DNA of 64,000 nt from Phoronis australis (taxonomy: Eukaryota; Animalia; Phoronida), in the NCBI GenBank assembly GCA_002633005.1, contig NMRA01000146.1, forward strand, positions 493,981 to 557,980. Direction: 5' to 3'. The notes under the pieces were generated by a model. The model saw nothing but the letters and a program-made list of their open reading frames with translations, did not search any database and was not told the DNA's origin. Below are positions 63,892 to 64,000 of this stretch, piece by piece. Made by a program: the position numbers and the translations under genes. Each line of letters starts with the position of its first letter. The first letter of the stretch is position 1.

Positions 63892-64000
63892 CTGATTCAC
63901 TCGTATGAAATGCTATCGAAGCTGAAACTACATCATCCCATCCTGCCTTGACTGTTGTTATCGTAACATTGTACTCAGTAAAAGAAGTCAAACCAGTGCA
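63892..64000 (-). CDS. Partial exon encoding the C-terminal half of a fibronectin type III domain
   Basis: CTGLTSFTEYNVTITTVKAG...FHTSES matches the FN3 GL-x-P/S-x-T-x-Y-x-V motif. Donor TCAG|GTGAG, phase 1. The exon runs off the window end. Confidence 0.8.

Overview
Eukaryotic, AT-rich animal genomic DNA, most likely from a marine invertebrate (inferred from the transposon spectrum). It is not prokaryotic, and most ORFs in the supplied track are spurious. The window is mostly nested, decayed transposons whose ends and target-site duplications (TSDs) can often be read directly. These are: a ~9.8-kb Academ-type element (3173-12952) with ~1.35-kb inverted arms built from a 301-bp dimeric tandem repeat, containing a TTAA-flanked Sola3-like element and a MITE; a TAA-flanked PIF/Harbinger element; two inverted copies of a TTAA-flanked Kolobok-type element; a Gypsy LTR retrotransposon with a solo LTR inserted in its RT; a second Sola3-like element; a Tc1-like fragment; an L1/Tx1-type LINE RT relic; and an ISL2EU-like element (SAP-SWIM-YqaJ gene convergent with a THAP-HTH transposase). 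Host-gene material, all on the minus strand: a decayed, apparently intronless multi-PAN/Apple-domain gene, the last exon of a probable GPI-anchored Ly6/uPAR-type protein, and two splice-compatible exons (FN3, then TM/stop) of a type I membrane protein that continues beyond the window. Single Ns mark assembly joins, two of them with artefactual duplications. I see no CRISPR array, rRNA or intact tRNA, and no clearly new biological system. The best leads are listed as findings. All alignments and translations were done by eye, with no database searches.
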